From Calditrichota bacterium (lineage in GTDB: Bacteria; Calditrichota; Calditrichia; RBG-13-44-9; J075): a stretch of 30,440 nt of DNA. The position numbers and the translations under genes are program-made. The stretch spans positions 1-30,440 of the forward strand of contig RFIL01000041.1 in the NCBI GenBank assembly GCA_003695285.1, written 5' to 3'. Each line of letters opens with the position of its first letter. Positions within the stretch are counted from its first letter, which is position 1. This document shows positions 23,665-30,440 of this stretch, one piece after another. The notes beneath the pieces were generated by a model. That model ran no database searches. It was not told where the DNA came from and worked only from the letters and a program-made list of their open reading frames with translations.

Positions 23665-26600
23665 ATGGATCGAAAGCATAGCTGGTACTTTTATGTATTA
23701 ACGTATGCTATAGCATTGCTTTTGGTGGGGCATATCCTGTGGAAATATTCTCCTCTGAAAAATGAAATCGAAAGCTATGCTATAGAAAAATTAAGAGAAT
23801 ATACTGAAAGTTCTGTTCTCATTCAGGACTTTTCTATTGGTTTTCAAACTGTCACCCTCTCCGGTATCAGTCTTACCGACCGAAAAGCTACCAACAATAT
23901 TGAATTAGAAGAGCTTCGTATAGGCTTTAATCCTTTTAAATTCATCACAGAAAATTTTAATTTTCAGAAGGCTATCAGTTCAATCACTCTGTACCAACCC
24001 CGGGTGATTCATTATGTTTCAGAACCTTCTGAGAAAGACACGATAAGGATTACCCCTGAACTCATCTTGAAAAAAGTAATAAGCAATCTTCAAAGAGTTC
24101 ACAATATCAACCAAATCAGAATTGAAGATGGGGTCATTTATCGAGTCGATGACTCCAGCTGGAAAGATGACACCCAGTCTGATGAGATAGATGCTTCGAC
24201 ACCCTCCCGCAATGAATGGGAAATTGTGCTCTTTGAAGGATTGACGGGGGACATGAGGTATCTCCCCTCCCGAAATCTGATAACTCTCGATTTACAAGGC
24301 ACTCTGGGGAACACCGGAGAATCTGTTGTACAAATTCGGGGATATCTGGATTCCTATACTGATCAAATGAATATCTCATTGATTTTTGATGACTGCAAAC
24401 TGACTACTGACTGGCCTTTCTGGAAATTAGATCATATTCAACTGGAAAATGCCTATCTCGATGGAATAATCCATTTGACCAATCAGGATAGCACATTCAA
24501 CCACTTTAACTTAAGCGGAACTGTGGAAGCTCGGGACTTCCGGGCAAGTTTCTTTAATCAAAAAGCCAGCGCTGAGCACATTCGAATGCGCTTTCTCCAG
24601 GATACTCTGATAATTGACCCCTTTCCCTGTCAGATTGAAGATGGGCAGGGAACTTTTTATGGTTCCATACGGCTTTTCCCCTCCCCAATCGCTGACTGGT
24701 ATCTGGAAGCTGAAGATTATTCTGTCACTTTTCTGGAAAAGTCACATGACATCTTTGAATATGCAGACAGTGGGAAAGTAAAAGGTAAAGCTCACTTCTA
24801 TGGCCCCCTTCGTAAATTACAAATAGATGCTGACCTATTCTGCCCTCAACTCCAATATGCCGTTGTTCCTTTTCACTCAGTAGAAACCAATCTCCATTAT
24901 GATGTGGCATCAAAGTTACTCACCTTCAATCATCTCAGAGCTGATTTTTTCAATTTCAGGACTCAGGGGGAAGGAGAGGTGAATTTTTCGAACAATCAGA
25001 TGACCTTAAATCTGATCTCCGACATTTTTGTACCCCCCGGATACTTTACCTTATTAAACCGACTGAACGGCAGCACCATATTTTTAAGAACGCGATTCCA
25101 GGGTGATATTTCCACCAAGCTATTTGGTGGGAACTTTCGGTATTATGTAGAAGGCGAAGATACTCTTATCTCCCATGGAGGAGGCCCCTTTACCCTGGAT
25201 AATCAACTTTTTAAATTTAACATTCAATCTCAAAATTTTTCACCGGTTATGCTCTTTACCGGTGAAATCGAAGATGTATTTAGCAATCCTCGGTTAATGG
25301 TCTTTGATATCAAAAACTTTCCGGTTGAAACATTAACGCTCAACCCTCTTTTAGCCAGCTGGATTCATGGTCGTCCCGTGAATATATACTTCTCTGGCCC
25401 TTATTACTCGCTGGCCAGCAAGTTGAAAATTTTATCCCGAACTTCCTCCACACCTATTGTAACGGTTAGTGGTAATATCCGAGATATTTTTCTTGACACC
25501 CAACAGTTTCGGGGGAACTTCCTTCTTAACACAGCGCCCCAAAAACTCGATGGCACGTTTGAGATTGGTTATACCAGGCACGGTGTCAATATTCAGCTAA
25601 ACTCAAAAAAATTGTTCCAGGGCGAACTGTTTGTCGGTAACGCCCCCGATTCTCCTTTTAACGGCACCATCCATTTATACAACTTTTCTGTGGCTGACTA
25701 TCTGGCTAATAATCCTCGCTGGGCGCAAATCATTACTTCTGGAGAACTTCAGGGGGATATGCAGATCAGGGGAACGGTAAAGAATCCATCCATTCAGTTT
25801 GATTTAAAAGCCTCTGATTTCATTGTCAACAAGATTGGATATTATAATACCAGATTAGCGGGCAGTCTTGAAGATTATTCCCTGAATTTTAAGGACCTCT
25901 GGTTAACACTGAACGGGGTTCCGGTGATAAATGCTGACATGAAGTGGGATTTATTGAAAGATAGTTTATACCTCACCATCAAGGGGGAGGATATTGAGAG
26001 TAATTTTCTGTCCGAGACCCTCTTTCCCGGGAAAGAGATGATTCAGGGAAAATTTACCTATGCCATCGTTCTGAACGGCAACAGTTCGCACCCGGTGATG
26101 TATGGCGACATCCAGATTCGAGAAGGTAATGTGAAAGGTAATCCCTTTCAAAACATCATCATTACTTTCGAAGATTCTTTAACAGCTAATGGAGATTTCT
26201 GGACACTTAAAGATCATCTTTTCAAAATAAGAAAGTTTCTGTATATCAATAAAGACGAGTATACAATTGAGGGAAAAGGCATCATTGGTGTTGATAAGGA
26301 AGCCCCTCTTGATATCACATTGAATATACAAGGCAATGTTCTGGCAGAGCTTCCCAAGCTCAATCCCTATTTCCGAAATCCCCAATCCTATGGATTCATC
26401 AAAGCTCGGGTTACCGGAAGCAGAGCCGTACCGGTGTTAAAGCAACTAAAAATGCAGGTAGTGAATGGATATCTGGAGTTCGATGGCATTCTGCCCCCGT
26501 TAACCAACCTGCAGATGGAAGCTGAACTGGATGAATCCGGAACATTCATTCATATCAACACTATTGAAGGCTATTTACTGAACCACTGGGCAAGGATTTA

Positions 26601-27903
26601 CAATATTGAACACGTCGAAGTAGATGGAAGACCCCTCCAACCGTGGTATTTTGAAGATGTGGATATCAATCTGGGTATCCTGGTACTGGAAACCGACCCC
26701 CGCGGGATACCCTTATCCATTCCCGGATTAATGGAGGAGGGAGACATCGGTTATTTTGCAGCAGCCGGCTTACACCCCGATGAAAAATTTTATTTTGCCG
26801 GACCACCGAATCTTCCTTATGCCCGGGGAAAAGTGACGCTCTTTAACAGCCGGGTGACCTTCCCTTTTATAGGAATGTATGAAGATGGTGAATTTTCATA
26901 TGCTGAGGAAAATCAAGTTATCGACTTTCTGATGAATATGCGCTGGGATGTGATGGCTGTCCCGGGTAAAAACAATCGCTACTTCGTGAATATTCCGGCA
27001 TACGTCGGTGAAGTGTTCATGGATCTCAACATTGACAACTCTTCTCCGGGCCTCCACTTTACCGGAAGGCTGATTGATGACTCCTTTCGAACCGAAGGGA
27101 AAGTTGAATCTTCCCGGGGGTTGGTGGAATATCTGGATGTGAAATTCCGGGTAGAACGGTTTGGCGCCGAATTCAATCGATTTGAAATTTTTCCCGAGGT
27201 CTATGGAAAAGCCTATACTACAGTACGAGACACTACCAGTGACTTCCCGATAGATATTTATCTGGTCCTGTATGTTATTGATCCGGTTACCAAAAAGGAA
27301 GTAAATAAGGGACGCTGGGAAGACTTTCGCTTTAAACTGGTTTCTCAGAATCAGATGGTTGGGGAAACACAGGAACAGGTGCTGGCTTATCTTGGCTATA
27401 GTGTACAAAATTTACAGAATAAGGCAGAAGAGGTGGGGCTTACCATGACGGAAAACTATCTCATTCGACCCCTTTTCCGCCCCCTGGAACGTCAGCTGGA
27501 ACGGATGTTACGCCTGGATTATGTACGGTTAAGGTCTCGCTTTACAACGAACCTTTTCTACCTGAGCTTTCAGGATCGAGCAAAATTATTTAATCGATTG
27601 AATTATAACACTCCCAACATTGTCAACCTGAATCTTGATCCTGCCCTGCTCCTGCTACAGAGTTCTGAATTTACTATGGGCAAATACTTGCTCAGGAACG
27701 TTTACGTCGCATATTCGGGATTGCTCGTTTCCGGTTATGAAGAATCAAAGCTGGGGTTGAACCACTCGCTGATGCTGGAATTTCGACTCCTTTCTAACCT
27801 GCTACTGGAAACCCAATACGATAAATTCCAATTCAATCCATTCTATAATAGTTCCATCGATAATGATTTTCGAGTAAGATTGCGATATTCCGTTACCTTT
27901 TAG
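23665..27903 (+). CDS. TamB/AsmA-like (DUF490-type) envelope protein, 1412 aa
   Basis: N-terminal TM anchor, long beta-rich repetitive body, C-terminal amphipathic strands (GKYLLRNVYVAYS...RVRLRYSVTF) typical of TamB; immediately upstream of an Omp85 gene. Confidence 0.7.
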   Translation: MDRKHSWYFYVLTYAIALLLVGHILWKYSPLKNEIESYAIEKLREYTESSVLIQDFSIGFQTVTLSGISLTDRKATNNIELEELRIGFNPFKFITENFNFQKAISSITLYQPRVIHYVSEPSEKDTIRITPELILKKVISNLQRVHNINQIRIEDGVIYRVDDSSWKDDTQSDEIDASTPSRNEWEIVLFEGLTGDMRYLPSRNLITLDLQGTLGNTGESVVQIRGYLDSYTDQMNISLIFDDCKLTTDWPFWKLDHIQLENAYLDGIIHLTNQDSTFNHFNLSGTVEARDFRASFFNQKASAEHIRMRFLQDTLIIDPFPCQIEDGQGTFYGSIRLFPSPIADWYLEAEDYSVTFLEKSHDIFEYADSGKVKGKAHFYGPLRKLQIDADLFCPQLQYAVVPFHSVETNLHYDVASKLLTFNHLRADFFNFRTQGEGEVNFSNNQMTLNLISDIFVPPGYFTLLNRLNGSTIFLRTRFQGDISTKLFGGNFRYYVEGEDTLISHGGGPFTLDNQLFKFNIQSQNFSPVMLFTGEIEDVFSNPRLMVFDIKNFPVETLTLNPLLASWIHGRPVNIYFSGPYYSLASKLKILSRTSSTPIVTVSGNIRDIFLDTQQFRGNFLLNTAPQKLDGTFEIGYTRHGVNIQLNSKKLFQGELFVGNAPDSPFNGTIHLYNFSVADYLANNPRWAQIITSGELQGDMQIRGTVKNPSIQFDLKASDFIVNKIGYYNTRLAGSLEDYSLNFKDLWLTLNGVPVINADMKWDLLKDSLYLTIKGEDIESNFLSETLFPGKEMIQGKFTYAIVLNGNSSHPVMYGDIQIREGNVKGNPFQNIIITFEDSLTANGDFWTLKDHLFKIRKFLYINKDEYTIEGKGIIGVDKEAPLDITLNIQGNVLAELPKLNPYFRNPQSYGFIKARVTGSRAVPVLKQLKMQVVNGYLEFDGILPPLTNLQMEAELDESGTFIHINTIEGYLLNHWARIYNIEHVEVDGRPLQPWYFEDVDINLGILVLETDPRGIPLSIPGLMEEGDIGYFAAAGLHPDEKFYFAGPPNLPYARGKVTLFNSRVTFPFIGMYEDGEFSYAEENQVIDFLMNMRWDVMAVPGKNNRYFVNIPAYVGEVFMDLNIDNSSPGLHFTGRLIDDSFRTEGKVESSRGLVEYLDVKFRVERFGAEFNRFEIFPEVYGKAYTTVRDTTSDFPIDIYLVLYVIDPVTKKEVNKGRWEDFRFKLVSQNQMVGETQEQVLAYLGYSVQNLQNKAEEVGLTMTENYLIRPLFRPLERQLERMLRLDYVRLRSRFTTNLFYLSFQDRAKLFNRLNYNTPNIVNLNLDPALLLLQSSEFTMGKYLLRNVYVAYSGLLVSGYEESKLGLNHSLMLEFRLLSNLLLETQYDKFQFNPFYNSSIDNDFRVRLRYSVTF

Positions 27904-28114
27904 TGTTTCATCTCCCCACCTTATAGTGGGAATTTCCACCAAAAAACAGGACTTCTTTTGTCATTGACCACTCTCGCCTAAAACTCATGGAAAAATCCAT
28001 CCTCCGGGAACTTTCCCTCAGAATATGCGAATAATGTATTTACTTTTTAATTTGCAAAAAAAACAATCATCTTTTAAGTTTTACAGTTTGGATATATTAA
28101 AAGGAATGGGGTTT

Positions 28115-30436
28115 ATGCTGGAAAAATTTTGGCGCGCAAAAATTGGTTTACTTCTATTAGTCACGATATTACTCGGTGGTCTTCAGCTATATGCTCAGGC
28201 ACCACGATTGAAGGTTGAAGATATCCGTGTTGAGGGAAATGTCAATGCAGACACATCTCTCATTATTTTAAACAGTGGTCTTTTCAGAGGTTCTTTTATC
28301 ACTTCGGATCATATTCAACGAGCAATTAAAAATCTCTGGGCTTTAGGGCTGTTCTCAGATATTCAAATCTTTGGGGAAGAAAAAACCCCCAATTCCCTCA
28401 ACCTGATCATCAAAGTCCAGGAATATCCCCGCCTGGAGAGCTGGACGGTAGAAGGGAATAAAAAGCTTAAAAAGAAGGATATTGAAAAGGAAATCGGCTT
28501 CTACAGTTCAATGGTCTATACCCCCTTTAAACAATATAAAGCCCGTCAAACTCTGCTTCGGAAATACAAAGATGAAGGTTATCTCCTGGCACAGGTGAAC
28601 ATTGATACCGTCATGCTTTCTCCCTATCGGGTTCAGGCTCGGATTACCATCAATGAAGGGAAAAAGGTTCAGGTAAAGAAAATCCGGGTGCTGGGGAGCA
28701 AATATTTAAGCGCCAAAGAATTGCGGAAGGCATTTAAGGAAATCAAAGAAAAGAAATGGTGGAGAGGAGCCGATTTCAACCGGCAGAAATACGAAAAAGA
28801 CCTTGATAATCTGCTCACCTATTGCCGTAAAAAAGGATTCCGTGATGCCGAAATTGTCAAAGATTCTATTTACTACAGTGAAGATAAGCGAGATCTGTTT
28901 ATCGATGTGTATATCAACGAAGGGCGGCGGTATTATTTTGGCGACATCACCTTCGAAGGAAATACTATCTTCACAGACGAACAACTTCGCCAGGAATTAC
29001 TCTTCACTAAAGGAGATATCTATAACCAGGAGAATTTGGACAAGAGTATTCGGGAAAATATCCAAAATCTTTATTATAACCAGGGGTATCTATTTGCCAC
29101 TATTCAACCACTGGAAATTCCCACCAGTGAAGATACGGTTAATTTAAATATTCGCATTAACGAAGGGCATGTAGTTCGAATTAAAGAAATCATCATCACC
29201 GGAAATACCAAAACCAACGAAAAGGTCATTCGACGAGAATTTAAGATTTATCCCGGAGACACCTTTAATCGAAGTAAACTGGAACGCAGTGTTCGGGATG
29301 TCTGGATTCTGAATTATTTTTCCAACGTTGTGCCGGACGTGAAACTTCTCCCGGATGATGATAAACATGTCAATCTGGAAGTGAAAGTGGAAGAACGTTC
29401 CACTGACACTGCCAACATGAGTGCTGGTTACAGTCAGCGGGATGGTTTAATCGGGAGTATTGGATTTTCTTTCAACAATTTTTCTCTACAGCACCCGTTT
29501 TCCGGGGGCGATGGCCAACGGTTAAGTTTTCAATGGGATTTTGGTCGCTTTTATCGAAATCTGTCATTGAGTTTCATTGAGCCCTGGGCATTTGGCTCTC
29601 CCACTCTACTTGGATTTTCATTATTTGATACCCGTTTTCGTGGTAATTTCCTCCCCTGGGATGGAAAAGAGCGCGGAGGTACCATTCAGGTGGGACGACG
29701 CTTCCGTTGGCCGGATAATTATTTTCGAGGAGACTGGATCTTCCGCATCTCAGAAAATGAAATCTTTAATATCCGAGATACGCAAAGAGACCAACGCTTT
29801 CTGTTCGCCAATCGCAATTCAACACAGGTGAGTATCACCCAAATTATTCGACGGGATAGTCGAGATAGACCGGAGTTTCCTACTCAGGGGACTGTATTCA
29901 ATCTTCGAACCAAATTTGCTGGTGGTCCCTTGCAGGGAAGCGAGGATTTCATCAAGAACGTCTTCACCATGGAATGGTATATCCCAATGAAATTCGGCTT
30001 TGTTCTCTTTTTACAGAATCATATGGGGGTTATTACCGGATTGGTCGATGATTTTTACATCAACCCCAGTGAACGATTTTTCATGGGCGGTTCCGGTTTA
30101 GGATTTTCCGAAACGTTACGTGGCTATGATGAGGGGCGTGTGGGTCCCATCCAGGGTGGATTATCCATGGCCCGCTTTACCGCTGAGTTTCGTTTTCCCA
30201 TTGCTCCCAATCCCACTATCTTTGGGTTAATCTTTATGGAAGGAGGGAATTCCTGGGAGAATTTTGCACAGACCAATCTTACCAACCTCAGACGTTCAGT
30301 CGGGGTTGGGGCAAGGCTCTTTATGCCTCTGTTGGGTATCATAGGGATTGACTTCGGATACGGATTCGACCATTTTGATGAATCCGGTAACAGAAAGGGG
30401 CAATGGAAAATTCATTTTAAATTCGGACAGTTTTAA
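28115..30436 (+). CDS. bamA: Outer membrane protein assembly factor BamA (Omp85), five POTRA domains
   Basis: Five POTRA starts (VEDIRVEGN, LESWTVEGN, VKKIRVLGS, FGDITFEGN, IKEIIITGNTKT), loop-6 LRGY motif, C-terminal HFKFGQF. The likely start is ATG 28115 (or 28106) with AAGGA upstream, not 28025. Confidence 0.95.
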   Translation: MLEKFWRAKIGLLLLVTILLGGLQLYAQAPRLKVEDIRVEGNVNADTSLIILNSGLFRGSFITSDHIQRAIKNLWALGLFSDIQIFGEEKTPNSLNLIIKVQEYPRLESWTVEGNKKLKKKDIEKEIGFYSSMVYTPFKQYKARQTLLRKYKDEGYLLAQVNIDTVMLSPYRVQARITINEGKKVQVKKIRVLGSKYLSAKELRKAFKEIKEKKWWRGADFNRQKYEKDLDNLLTYCRKKGFRDAEIVKDSIYYSEDKRDLFIDVYINEGRRYYFGDITFEGNTIFTDEQLRQELLFTKGDIYNQENLDKSIRENIQNLYYNQGYLFATIQPLEIPTSEDTVNLNIRINEGHVVRIKEIIITGNTKTNEKVIRREFKIYPGDTFNRSKLERSVRDVWILNYFSNVVPDVKLLPDDDKHVNLEVKVEERSTDTANMSAGYSQRDGLIGSIGFSFNNFSLQHPFSGGDGQRLSFQWDFGRFYRNLSLSFIEPWAFGSPTLLGFSLFDTRFRGNFLPWDGKERGGTIQVGRRFRWPDNYFRGDWIFRISENEIFNIRDTQRDQRFLFANRNSTQVSITQIIRRDSRDRPEFPTQGTVFNLRTKFAGGPLQGSEDFIKNVFTMEWYIPMKFGFVLFLQNHMGVITGLVDDFYINPSERFFMGGSGLGFSETLRGYDEGRVGPIQGGLSMARFTAEFRFPIAPNPTIFGLIFMEGGNSWENFAQTNLTNLRRSVGVGARLFMPLLGIIGIDFGYGFDHFDESGNRKGQWKIHFKFGQF

Positions 30437-30440
30437 CAGA

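Noticed and set aside
27915-27930. Small CCCAC-N6-GTGGG hairpin after the tamB-like gene
   Set aside because: Only a 5-bp stem with no U-tract; insufficient for a terminator call.
28025-28114. Long N-terminal extension of BamA in the ORF track, and a TTGCAA-N17-TAAGTT promoter-like match at 28052-28080
   Set aside because: The extension is AT-rich intergenic-like sequence ahead of a normal signal peptide, so it was dropped. The promoter match is too weak to list as a feature.
1-30440. CRISPR arrays, tRNA/rRNA genes, integrase or transposase genes
   Set aside because: None seen. Nearly all sequence is accounted for by ORFs and no regularly spaced repeats were found.

Overview
A mostly housekeeping chromosomal window (sampled coding lines ~40% GC) from a diderm bacterium (BamA, TamB-like protein). 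The gene style suggests an FCB-associated lineage such as Calditrichota, but that is inference. Left to right: a minus-strand prkA-yeaH-spoVR operon with two sigma54-type promoter motifs and a ~300-nt leader carrying a perfect anti-Shine-Dalgarno; a plus-strand run of a divergent eukaryote-type citrate synthase homolog (substrate-binding Arg replaced by Gln), phosphomevalonate kinase, an in-frame HMG-CoA reductase/mevalonate kinase fusion and type 1 IDI; a GC-rich GT2 glycosyltransferase followed by a degenerate integron attC site (an apparent stranded gene cassette, no integrase in the window); a minus-strand block (SAM methyltransferase, ftsE, ftsX, M23 peptidase-membrane domain fusion); an FmdB-like zinc ribbon gene and icd; a tight minus-strand operon of a giant non-canonical type IV pilin-like protein, a degenerate PilM-like protein, an apparent PilN-PilO single-chain fusion, rsmD and coaD; asd plus a carboxylesterase; and a tamB-like gene followed by bamA. 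The best candidates for undescribed biology are the divergent pilin/PilM/PilNO module, the mevalonate cluster with its fusion and altered citrate synthase, the orphan attC cassette and the prkA leader. No rRNA, tRNA, CRISPR array or transposase was seen. All family calls come from motif recognition by eye; no searches were run.
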